From contig NW_024704742.1 in NCBI RefSeq assembly GCF_018977255.1, positions 16,680,001-16,744,000 on the forward strand: 64,000 bases of DNA, given 5' to 3'. Each line of letters starts with the position of its first letter. Positions within the stretch are counted from its first letter, which is position 1. The position numbers were made by a program, and so were the translations under genes. This document shows positions 51,790 through 64,000 of this stretch, piece by piece. Source of the DNA: Callorhinchus milii. Taxonomy: Eukaryota. Below the pieces are notes generated by a model. It had not been told where the DNA came from. It did no database searches and worked only from the letters and a program-made list of their open reading frames with translations.

Positions 51790-52400
51790 ACCAATTTACA
51801 TTTACATAGTGCCTCTTACATCGGAAGGGCAAAGCACTTTACACTATTCTATGGGAGCTTGAACTGAAGGGGAAGATGAGGGGTGGGATCAAGCCCAAGA
51901 AAGTCGGGTATAATGGTTGAAAATATATCCACTGATGGTGGTACGGGCAGGTGACATGAAACTGCCAGTTATTTGTGTGGGGGGGGGTACAATAGGATCA
52001 CAGGAGGTTGTAGAGATAGAGTGGGGCAAGTTCATGCGGGAATTTGAAAGCGAGCACAGGAATCTTGAATTTGATGCACTAGGAGTTGGAGAGTCAGTAT
52101 AGCCGAGCATGCTTTTGGATGATAAACTCGCAGATCTGGTGTGGGAGCGGGGGCACGGAGTTCTGGATGGGCTGAGTTTGTGTAGGGAGGCGCTAGGGAG
52201 TTTAGCAAGTAGGGCATTAGTGTAGTTGAGCCTGTGGGTGATAAAGATATGAGTGTGTGTCTTCGCAGCCAGAGTGGGGAAAGATAATGATGGAGCTGGA
52301 CAATGTTGCAGAAATAAGAAAGAGCTGAGCAATTGCGAGCCTGAATGTAAGGTTTGAAGAATAGTTGGGGTCAAAGAAGACCTGACGTTCAACATGTGTT
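51790..52400 (-). mobile_element. Old L2 fragment
   Basis: HIFITHRLNYTNALLAKLP, with the tail near 51800. Confidence 0.75.
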
Positions 52401-52568
52401 TGCATAGTCAATAGTTAATATTTCTCTATGTGGAGCGTGAATAACTGAGTTGTTTCTTACATTTCCTTGTTTTGAGGTTTTTGCATTTTATAATTGTTTA
52501 TGTATGATTGGGATTGACAGAAATTCTTTTGTCATTTTTCATAATAATTAGGGTTTTTTTATCCATAG

Positions 52569-52683
52569 GGCTGGACTCCACAAAAGATCCTTGTCTAAAT
52601 GTGAAATGCAGTCGACACAAAGTGTGCATTGCTCAAGACAACCAGAGAGCTCTCTGCGTTAGTCACAGGCGGCTAACGCACAG
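52569..52683 (+). CDS. SPOCK3: Testican (SPOCK) exon, 115 nt, follistatin-N domain: GLDSTKDPCLNVKCSRHKVCIAQDNQRALCVSHRRLTHR
   Basis: catAG|GG CTG GAC...CAC AG|GTaaag. Starts in phase 1 and joins the previous exon in frame. KCSRHKVCIAQD and SHRRLTHR match SPOCK3 better than SPOCK1 or SPOCK2 as recalled; the paralog call is less certain than the family. Confidence 0.92.
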
Positions 52684-53078
52684 GTAAAGGACATTTGTTT
52701 TCTCTCATTTTGTCTCAGATTCACATTTTCCATGGTTTATTTATGGTACAATGAAGTCGAAAAACCAGTTGACAAACAGATTAACTGAGAGTGACATTGA
52801 GTCACTCATGGGAATCCTGTCAGTATCCAGAGGTTTGGTACGGCCAACACGCAAGAACACCGTGGTCCACTTTCTCATGTTTCAGAGCAGAAATCTCACT
52901 TGATCTGCTCAGATATGTTAAAGATCCTATGGCATTACTCGAAAAGAGAAGGGAGTTTCTCCTTATGTCCTGGCCAATAATATATATAATTATATAATTG
53001 ATTATTCATTTCATGTCTATTATGGGACATTGTTATGCACAAATTGGTTGCTGCGTTCTCGTAGAAAATACAGTCACT

Positions 53079-53400
53079 GGATTTTCCTGTAGCTCAGTGG
53101 TTAGAGCACTCGCTTTGCAAGTGAGAGACCTGAGTTCAATTCCAGGCAGAGGGCGAAACCTTGGGCAAGTTTCCTTACTCCACACAATGCCTAATAATAA
53201 TCCCTCCAAAACCAAAAACAATAATAAATTGGTCATTTTCAATCTACGACTGTTTGTGGGACATTGCTGTGCGCAATTGGCTGCCGCGTTCGCCCACAAA
53301 TATACAGTCAATTCACTTTACAGTGTGTTCTGTGAAGCACTTTGGGACGTCCTCCCGACATGAAAAGCGCTATATCAAATGCAAGGATTATTATTATAAT
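53079..53400 (+). mobile_element. tRNA-Ala-derived SINE, inserted in the tail of an older Deu-type SINE
   Basis: Same head, body and tail as the 43988 copy. Confidence 0.9.
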
Positions 53401-56400
53401 ACGAGTGAATCCCACTGCTTTTTCGAACCCACCTATTTATTCTTTTTCCAGAGAGGTTTTTCTGAACTCTAAAAGTCTATTTAAAATTTTCAAAGCTTGT
53501 AATTAAATGGTCACTTAATTTTATTGAATGAAGACAATGGTTTACATAATTCATACATTTTTAAAATGCTGACTTTCCAATCTTTTACTGAGAATATACA
53601 GTACAGAAACAGGCCATTCGGCCCAACTGGCATTTATGCTTCACATGGGCCTCCTGCCCTTTCTCAACTAAGCCTATCAGCATAACCTTCTATTTGTTTC
53701 TCCCTCATGTACTTATATAGCTTCCCCTTAAATGCATCTATGCTATTAGATCTACTCCAGTTTTGTTCAGTAGACTTTATACCGTGGATGCATATCATTA
53801 TTGAACATATTATGCAGGAACTGCTCTGTTTGAACTCAGAAATTTCTAACATATATTTAGTTAAATTTGCTATACTTTAAATGTTTTTCTACAACCTTTG
53901 ATAGTGGATGAAAACAATAAATGTATTGTACAACAGCAAAGTGTTTTATATTCAACAGCAATGCATTTGATATTCATAGGTTATTAAAAAGTGCTTGGAA
54001 ACACTATATATGGGAGGGGAAGGAAGAAGAGTTATATAACATTTTTGTCATGAAGCTACACGCAAGAGACGTGATCAAGTGCTTCATTTCCATTGTGTCA
54101 TGTGTTGAAATTGGATCCCTTTAATATGTACTGAATAACAAACAAGGTAGATCTACAGTCCAACTCCATGTTCAAATGGGATACATGACTCACCTTTTCA
54201 ATTCAATCAGAAAAACAAGGTTCCACAGGGTTTCATTCTTTCTTTCTCAGACTGACAAATTTTATTCTCACTGGGATTCTTATTGTGTTTTCTAGGAGAG
54301 GTAATTTACTTGTAATACCACCTAAGAACTGTCATGAACACTGGCACATTACAAGTTCCATTATGTAATGGTTCTCTGCACTCAAGGACTTTGTTTAATA
54401 AAGTTTTCAACGCCTTGAATGCTGAACCATGTTATATATTTGAGCTGGAAACAAACACGCACTTTTCTGACACCTTGCTTCACCTGCTCAATGTTTGCAA
54501 TAATCATTTCAGAACCTTATTTTTGCATTATAACTTTTTTAATCTGTGTTTAGATGGCAGTTGTTCATAGTGACTTGCTGTGAAGAGAGTGGGTCATTTA
54601 TAGTTGAGCACTAGGATCCTTCAATTGAGGCATTAAATTGTGGGGCAAACTGTGCGCCACACTTTTAGAGAAATGAATAAACCTGCTTGGGCTCTGGAAG
54701 AATGCATCTGTCACTGTGAAAAGTTCCTGCAGCATCATCATAATAACACTTAATGTCTGCAATGCCTTTGATAGCCACGAGCAAAGTGGTTTGAATCACC
54801 CACATGACCTCCGAAATAGTTGTAGGATTTTGATCTGCATCTGAGATTCAGTAGTATCCTGGTTGCTTGCACCTCGATGGACACTGGTCAGTAAATGCAA
54901 AATAGTTTGTCTTTGTTTTTTAAAAAACTTTCACAAGGACATGCATGCCTTCTTCAAAATACCTCTGGAGATGCATTCCTCTCCATCTCCCCAACTCGTA
55001 TATTGTCTACTGCTACAGCAAAAGAAAAGACATCTTGCAAATGGCTCTAAATGTTATTGAATGGTAATAAAACCCAGCTGGAGAGTGATTTTCGGAACCG
55101 ATGGCATAATGGGTTTAAAATAACAGAAAATTGCAGCCTGGCTAAGGTTAATTGCCGTTGTTTTATTCCTGCCAGTTGTTAAGGCTTTTTGATCCACAAT
55201 TGGGTAATAAATTGGCTCAGTTAGGGACATGGGGGCCGTTACATGTTTCCTCTCAGGAACGTCGTGCTGCTTGAGGTTCATAAAATGTACGTAACCAATT
55301 CGAAGAAGCAATGAGACATACTTTAATGAGTTTCAAGCAAGGCTAGTAATGCTTTTCAAGAAACATGCAGCGTCTGTAATACAAGAAGAAAATAGGCAAT
55401 TATGCCTGTTTGTCAGCTTATGGTTTCATCCTGGCTCGGTTGGTGTTCAAGCCCTACTTCAGGAATTGAGCTCATAGTCTAAGATGACACTCCAATACAA
55501 AGCTGGAGGCACTGTCAGAGGTGCCGTCCATCAGATGAGACAGATGAAACTGGCCATGTGTCTGTTCCGCTGGCAATATTTCAAAAGAGAACAAGGTTTC
55601 TTCCAGTGTCCTGGCCAACAATTTCTTCATGTAAATTTGACCATTTACTTTTTCACTGTTGGTTATTACTGTATACAAATTGGCTGCTAGTTTCTGCACT
55701 TTACTATAAGATCTTGTGAAATGTTTTGACAGTGTGATAAGGCACTGCAGCAAATGCAAGGATTATTTTTATTATTTCAGATACTGAAGTGTTGGCAAAG
55801 CCTGATCAAGTTTATATTCTGCTCATTACTTTATTTACATGTGTTCAGATTCTGTAGTATTTCAGAGAATAGTTTTACAAAATACAGTCATTACACCTTA
55901 TAGTAAATCTATTAAAGCACCGTGAGACATCCTTCTGAAATGAAAGATGCTATATAAAATGCAAGAATTATGATATATATTATATATTAGTAGTAATAAA
56001 TTGATTAAGTAGCAAACTAAAGATGCTGGGAGACTGGCTCACCAATCTGTGCTTGGTTTGGAATTCTGTCTAAGGCGATTACTACATTCACCTACAAAAT
56101 ACAGTGATTAAACTTTACAGTAATTGCTGTGAAGCACTTTGAGATGTTTCCATGACGTGATAAGGGGCTATGGCAAATGCAGGGATAACTATTATTTTAC
56201 ACTTAGTCTTAGCACTCTGCATTTAAGAAGAGTAAAGAATGCAATGGATTCCTTTTCCTGATCACTATCCAACGAGTCCCATTTAAAGTCAATGCGGTTG
56301 GACAATGGGATGAAGTCAGGATCAGAATAGACTATATTGGCTCTATTACACAGAACACAAACATGGAAATATGCTATTCAGCCCAACAAGTCCATGCCGG

Positions 56401-57184
56401 TGTTTACATTTCACAGGAGCTTCGCCACCATACCTCCCCTTCCCTTTATTCCATTTGAGCCTTATCAATACTAAAACAGGTTCAATTATTCTGAAACAAT
56501 GTAGAGATTTGGCATTGACATGTCAGGTCTTTCGCAAATCCACGATATAGACATGCCTAGAATGTGAACTACAGCATTACATTGTGCATGGATGGGGTTT
56601 GATCAACATTTTCAATTGCTTCTTGTATTTGCTTCTGAATTGCACTCCGTGCACAAAACATTCATATTATGAACCATCACAACATACTGGCCTCAAGCGC
56701 AATATTAACCTTAAAACCTCTATACTTCAAATTCTGTTTGCCTTGAGAATTGTTACAGGACAAGAGGAATACAGTAGTTTAAATAAATGCGCAAGTACCC
56801 TTGCCGAAAATCACTGTCATGACTCACACATGAATAATGGACCAGTCGAAAGAAAGAAAAGAAATTCTCATAGAAGTCTCTTTGGCTTCATTATCTCAAT
56901 CAAATTATCTTGTCTTGCACAGAATGAAAATGAAGGTCATCAGATGACTTTTATGAATTTTTTTATCAGCTTAATTTTGCACTTTTGAAATGATTGCTGC
57001 CGCACTGAAAATAGTTGGCGTCCCTTGTTTCTCAAAGGAACTCAACTCCTGTGTTCATTGGAAATGCCCGATTGACATTTCTGTGGCATCAGATTAAAAC
57101 CAAAAGAAGAAACTCACATGGCAACCATATCCTGATGCTGCAGGCCATAGTTTTAGCTGTTGTGATGTGGTCAAATCCATCTAC

Positions 57185-57236
57185 TCACCCACCCACCCAC
57201 CCACCCATCCATCCATCCATCCATCCATCCATCAAT
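57185..57236. repeat. (CCAC)n(CCAT)n microsatellite
   Basis: Directly visible. Confidence 0.9.
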
Positions 57237-60200
57237 CAGCCAGTGTATGTCAATGAAACCTGGAATTGTCATTTGGAAAGATGGAGAGTGAACCAGTAGA
57301 AAGCTACATCAGTATACTGCCTGAGAAAAGTAAAGATTAATAACCATCCCAAAAGTCTGCTTTATTTTTTCTTACACATGTAATCTCTGCGATCTCCTTC
57401 AATCCAACTGACCAGGCAGCTATCTTCGCTCAGTGAGAACCAGCTTGCTTCATGTCTCCTACTTTGTCCACCCCACCACCAGTGGGTGAGCTTTCAGTCA
57501 TTATGCCCCTACTCTCTGGAACTTCATCGGAGTCCCCCGTCTCACTCACTCCCTTCACTCTTTCAAAACATGTCTCAAAAATTCTTGTAGTATTGATGAT
57601 TGAAAACATTAGGTTTGTAACACTCTCATAATTTGTAGGAAATAAATGCTGTATGTATTCAGACAGATAAACGAATTGCAGAACCATACTTTATTTTGCT
57701 GTTTTATAAGAATAGAGTTGTATGTAACTTTTTTCTCAGTCTAGTTAGGTAGAGTGTAGGAGAAGGCACAAGAATCACTTGGTGTTGTCATGGTTCAGAC
57801 CAAGTTTTCCAAAGTTTTATTAATAAATCAAACGTGGTAGGTTTTAACTTTTGATATATGAAAGGTATATTTATTATGCTAATCTGGATAGGGTTTTGAA
57901 TGCATATGCTAATTAAGCATAATTTGTATCTTGGGTTAATTACAAAGCAGCCTTCCTTTGTAAATTTGAATTTTTTTAAACTGGAAGTTTACACTTTTAT
58001 GTTAAAGATTAAATCAAATCCAAATACAAATTAGGTATGTTACAAAATTGTTTCTCCTTCATAATGTATTTACTAAAAATACCTGAGACACAAGTAAATA
58101 AATGGAATACAAAAACAGTTAAGTTTATCAGGCCATTTATATTTGATGATTCATATTTTAAGCAAATCTCGCTTAATTCTTTTCTTCCTGTCTGATGCTA
58201 AGAGAATGAAATGACGGTGCCACCGAAATAGCAGAACAAGAGGACACAGGCTCTAAAGTGCAATTTTAGGGCAGATATTAGGAAGTATTTGTTTACCCAA
58301 AGGGTAATTAATGACTGGAACAAGTTACCAGGAAGGATGGTTGAGGACAGGACAATGGATTTAGTTATAAAAACAGATTGATGCAGCGATGAGAAGATGG
58401 TAGAATGGGTATTCTGGAAGGATGAGATTGAAAAGAGCGACTGGCCTTCGTCATCCGATCCAATCTTGTGATTTTGTGAGATTGGCTTCAGGGCTCAGCA
58501 CTTGGAAAAAAATAGCTAGCTCAGCAGAAATTAATTTGATAGGAAGCATTCAGCTTTCACACTACGAGTAAGTGTGGCTGCAGATGTGGCAACAATAAGC
58601 GGAATATCTAACTGCAGCCCTTTCTCATTGTAACAGATGTTCAGGACACCAAATGAGCCGCATTTGAGTTAATTGAGTATTTTATGTATATTTATGCATA
58701 GTTTTTTTTCAAATATATGTTTCACAGTATTACTGTTGTAATAGTTAATCAACTACAACAATAACAAATTCACATTGGAGGATGTCCAAAGTCTCATAAA
58801 TATGAACACTGATTAAATAATCTTGCTGATGTTTTTGACGAGATTTGGCCCTCTTTTTGAGGTGGTTCTCTTGAAACTACATAGAATTAACAAGGCTTTT
58901 CCTGAAAACCTTTTGCTGTATTTTGATATTTATTTGGAAATCGGTTTAACAAACAAGCTCAGAGGATTACTATTAAGTATTTTAATTGTATTATTTAATC
59001 ATTTATTTAAAAAGAAACTTACATATATTTACACAGAACGTTATAGCACACAAACAGATCATACCACAAAGTGTGGTGACTATGTATTATGTGGGTGAAG
59101 TGTGGCAGCCAATTGCCCACAGCATTGTCCCACAAACAGTCATGGATTCAGTAACCACATTTTTTTGGAGGGATTATACGAGTCATTCATTCCATTTCTA
59201 ATTCATTTTGTGTAAGAATAGCAAAAATTATCCCAAATACGAATTTGGTCTATATTCAGAAAAACAGTGAATTTGGGTCCAGCACTTCATGTTTATTTGA
59301 AATATTTTTTTCAGAATGCCATTACTTTAGAATATTGTGGGGACATTTCACAGCTCATGCCCGTTGAATGCCTCCACATTTAGCAGACTGCTTCCAGTGG
59401 CTGTCAGGGAAGGGCTGCTGGGAGTGGGTGAATTAATATTTAATTTAAGAAATGTCATTTGACCTTCCTATGTAGCTAGTGATTCGGTTAAGCTATCTGT
59501 CAGTTGTGGAGGAATGAGGAAAGGAATATATTTGAGGTTTGCCGATTTACTGTATCCATGTTATCTAGTGATCACAGGAGGCTTGTGTTGTCAGCTGGAT
59601 GCGAGATTGAATTGAATCTGGAATGTATTTGCCAAAAAATCCTCTACCTAATTTTTATAAATTAGTAATTTATTTTTTGGATCACAATGGATTTTTTTCT
59701 GATATAATCTCTATTTCTCTAGAAACAGATGGCCCGCTAATTTTTGAAACATATTTGATTAATCCTGATTTGTTTTACATGATTGTTAATAGTGAAACAT
59801 TTTATTAAATATCTTCTCCATGCTGTTGCAATCATAGAAAGCAAAATGATGAAGTTTTGCAAACTACTTTTCTCCAATAGTTTAACGTGGTGACAATGCT
59901 GTTTTAAATGGACAACCTGATTCAGTTGGCTCAAGCTCCATGACATGATTTTGAGGTGATAGTCTAGGCCAATGGCTCATGGGTCAAAAGCGACCCGTGC
60001 GAGCATCAAGAAATGACCCGCCGAACATTCGAACTATTATAAGTATGTCTGTACTAAATAAATTTTGTTTCCAGTAGCTACAATATTTAGGGCATGGCCA
60101 TAAATTGAGAAATATTCAATCAAGGAAAATGTATTTGGTTTAGGCTGACACTCCAGTGCAGTGCTGCTTTGTCAGAGGTACAGTCCTTTAGCTAAGATGG

Positions 60201-62254
60201 TAAACCAAGATCCCATCTGCCTGTTCAGGTGGACATAAAAGATCCTGTGGGACTATTCAAAAAAAGAAGGGAGTTTCTCCTGGTGTACTGAGCAACAGTC
60301 CCCCAGATAAAAAAGTGATCATTCACTTCATGGCCTTTTGTGCAATATTACTGCATGCAAATTAGTTGAAATGTTTGCCGAGAAATACACGACACACTTT
60401 GCAGGAAACTGTGAATCATTTGAGATGCTTTAGTGTGATAACCCACTATATTAAATATAAGGATTATATTTGTCCCTTGAAAAATCGTAATCTTTGCTAC
60501 GGAAATAACTGAGCACATTAACCCTCTTCCTCTTCTGAAGAATTTTTTGAGAGGAAATAGTGGCTTTGATATGTTCATTTATTTTCTGGAATTAACTAAC
60601 TCAAAGAAGACATTCTAGACATCCTAGACAGAAAGAGTCAGTGAATGACCCTATGCACATATTTGTGTAGTAATCTGAAGCTCTCATGAATCGACCTGAA
60701 CACCTTTAATTGAAAGTCATTAGATTATAATGAATGTGAATCCTGGAAAATTGTTTTCTAACCTTCTCTCTTTGACCATGCTAGTGGTTGCTGAGCCAAG
60801 TTTAATATCCTTGAGAAAGAGTCAGAGAGGGAAAAAGACTGGCACTATTTGAGGTCTTGACAGCCATAGAAAAAACTCCAAATTGCCAGTGTTTTAGAAT
60901 TAGGAAAACATTATCTCTGTTACATTGCAGTCCTGTTTATAGCATGCTTTTTGTAGCACAAATTTGGTTATAGCTGCTGTAGTCTTTGCCCCAATTACTG
61001 TGCAAGAGTGAGGGCAGGCTGTTCGATTCCTGCAGGTCAACCAGCTCTTGCTGCAGAATGCCGACTTTCAGGTAATTTGGCCATCACAGATGTCGTTTCT
61101 CATTTGTTGGGACGTTCTCCCAACGTGAAAGGTGCTATACAAATGTAATCTTGTTGTTGTTGTTGTTGTTGCTGCTGCATTTGTTTGTGCGTTTGTTAAG
61201 CACAGTGATGGGTTTCCGCGTGTGCCAGACCCCCCAGCTGACCAAATAAAAGGACGTCTCAAAGTGATTGAGACAATTATTAGCAAATGCTTATTCGTAA
61301 ATATTTTGCAGTCAAGGAAGAGTCGCTAATATGAATGTACTATTTTAATCTTGATATGATTACGGAGATAGATGATAAAGCAAAATCGCGCTTAAAGGTT
61401 AAGCTGCTGACAGACTGAGCTGTGAAGTGCTCCAGCAACAGAATGCGATGGCCGGCTCAGAGCGTTGTGAGGTCGTATCCTGATCTATTTATAGGAAACG
61501 ACTGAATTACAGACGATCAATGTATCATTAATCTAAAGTGTCCACTATGTGCACAAGGTTCCGGTGATCTATGCACATCAGAAAGTTGTTGGATCCATTC
61601 ATGTGGCCACGGGAACATCTCCAGTGACACTGTTTGTTTAAGTTAGTTCCACTGTGTGGCCCCATAGCATAAAGGACAGTCTCCCATTGGAGTCACTATC
61701 ACCAGATATCTCAAGCCACAGGAGGGGCTTGAATTCTCATTGATCAGTTCACTGCAATTATTCACTTATAATAGTCCTTGATCTCATTTTCCTGCAAATT
61801 TTACTTTGTCATAACTCCTCTGACACAGATTCATTTGTAGCCCCTTATCCCATCTATTATAGGCTTTCAGTATTTCAAATTTGATTACATGGCATATCTC
61901 AGCTTTGTTTGTGACCTTCTCTAATGCATGGTGTTTCTCTCCTTAAATTCATATTTCAGGGTAAATGCATTATCAGTGCTTCCCAGTTTATTTTACTCAG
62001 TGTATTTTGACTGTACATAACAGCAGGACTTGATGACTCAGGCTGTGATCATTCCCAGAGATGCATGGAGCCCTCAACCTATGTTTGATAGAAATAAGGT
62101 CTTTTGTTTAGCATCAGAAGTTCAACAAATACATGACAAATTTAAGTGATGGGTCACTCATAGTGGTGATCTTCCCCCTTATAACTGCCTCTGAGCCATT
62201 ACGTTAGATCTCCAACAAGGGCACTCAAGACACAGGAGATTGGCGGATTGCTTT

Positions 62255-62579
62255 TAATAATAATAATAATAATAATCCTTGCATTTGATATAGCGCTTTT
62301 CATGTCGGGCGGACGTCCCAAAGCGCTTCACACAGCACACTGTAAAGTGAATTGACTGTATATTTGTGGGCGAACGCGGCAGCCAATTGCGCACAGCAAT
62401 GTCCCACAAACAGTCATAGATTGAAAATAACCAATTTATTATTGTTTTTGGTTTTGGAGGGATTATTATTAGGCGTGTGGAGTAAGGAAACTTGCCCAAG
62501 GTTTCGACCTCTGCTTGGAATTGAACTCAGGTCTCTCGCTTGCAAAGCGAGTGCTCTAACCACTGAGCTACAGGACTCC
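62255..62579 (-). mobile_element. tRNA-Ala-derived SINE, full length
   Basis: Reverse-complement copy with a (TAA)n tail at 62255-62277. Confidence 0.9.
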
Positions 62580-64000
62580 ACTTTTCCAGGGATAATAATC
62601 CTTAAAAAAATACAATAATAATTTGGTCACTAAATCCACAACTGTTTGACCCGGGAGAGAGTGCTACTTGTTTTTTGCTTCAGCCATCATTTTGATTGGC
62701 CATTCTGTGCTCTAAAAATCCTCTGATGTAAAATGGATCTCCACACCTCTCCCTTTATAATTTTTTAGTAATGATCTTAATTGATGTCCTCCTGTTACCA
62801 ATTCACCGATCATCAGAAATAATTTCTTCCCATTTCCCTTTTCAAAATCCCTTTTATAATTTTGAACGAATCTATCAGGTCTCCTGGCAACAGTCTCTAT
62901 TGCAGTGAAAACAGTTCCAATTTCTCCCGTCCTCTATTCTGGAGGTGTGTAGCATAATAACTGATAACATCAGTGCTGCCTTTTAAAAGTGGTTTCTTTA
63001 TTTTCAGTTGTGCTTTGGTTGACAGGTTTAGCATTGAAAAGCCTTCCTGTGTGTTCAGTAAAATTACAATCTATCATGAACTGAACCTTATTATAGCCCC
63101 AAACCCATTGTGAAAGTCAGGGAATGATATACATTCTATTAAGTTCTCCGATTTATCTATGTTTTATCCAATTTGCTGACTACCTCTCTGACAATAATAT
63201 TCAATTAAAGTAGAATCATAAAAAAAATTGGAAGGCTGAATACAAATGATGGGGTCAACAGAGTTTATTTAATGCCTTCTCACTGCAATGACAGAGTATG
63301 TTAGGACAAATATGTTTCTGTCTCTTTCTGCAGTTCAACATAGTTCATTCAGTTGAAAGTAATTGAAGGAAAACTTATTTTGGTGGCACTGTAAAAAAAA
63401 TTAAAGAATATGTTGCACTGAAATGGAATTGCTTCATAGACTACACCAATGGCTTGCTGATGTTTTCTGGTAAAAGGAAATGGTAAAAACAAAATGTCTA
63501 CATAGCAGCTATGAGGCGACTTTCTCTTTCTCTTGCAGTGATGTATTATCAAATGCCTTGAAATGGCAGGTCATACTTTTGTAGTACAATTACATATAGG
63601 ATTTTTGCCAATGAGTTATTGTTAACCTCTTTTCTTCAGTAATGTACAACAACTGAAAATACAAAGGTCATTCATCACTTCTTCAGCTTCTTCCTGAACT
63701 GAAAAAAACCCTCAAGTATTACTACAATTCTGAAGAATTGTATTTAGTAGTTTGGGATAACACCTGAACTATACTAAGTCTTTCAGTGGGGTGAAAATTG
63801 TAAACTGAGATGTGTTAATTAATAACAATGTCAGTTATTAGATTGTTGGCAAATCTGCTCAGTTGTTAATTAAAGAGCTGTTTTGTACATCCCAGTTTTA
63901 CTGTCTTTTTTTTAGTTAAGCTTGTGCTGAGCTTGCTGCAGACTATGACTGAAAGTATGACTGTTGTTTGGCATGGTTAGTAGCACTCTCATGCTTTAGT

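Noticed and set aside
52684..64000. Next (Kazal, VCGSDG) SPOCK exon
   Set aside because: Not found by eye. It probably lies beyond the window.
1..64000. CRISPR arrays or prokaryotic operons
   Set aside because: No regularly spaced repeats. The sequence is eukaryotic intronic DNA.

Overview
Vertebrate genomic DNA, AT-rich and dense in repeats. The repeat content (Deu-domain SINEs, a tRNA-Ala SINE, CR1 and L2 LINEs, Penelope-type palindromes) suggests a cartilaginous fish; this is inference. The window appears to lie inside a + strand testican gene, most similar to SPOCK3. Three exons are visible: a 9-nt microexon (EVE, 18649-18657), a 46-nt exon (18786-18831) and a 115-nt follistatin-N domain exon (52569-52683). 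The 33.7-kb intron holds a 5'-truncated CR1 LINE on the - strand, and a 2,025-bp retroviral element has inserted into its ORF1 (24121-26145). That element is the most unusual object here. It has one full LTR, a tRNA-Gln PBS, a splice donor, a broken gag-MA, and an open frame for a protease tail plus a CNPase-like 2H-phosphodiesterase. It has no 3' LTR and ends in a perfect 15-bp inverted copy of its own U3 terminus, with a clean 4-bp TSD. A palindromic Penelope-type insert carries hammerhead ribozyme cores on both strands (about 19891-20155). Almost all other ORFs in the track are spurious or TE debris. All family assignments come from recalled motifs; no database search was run.
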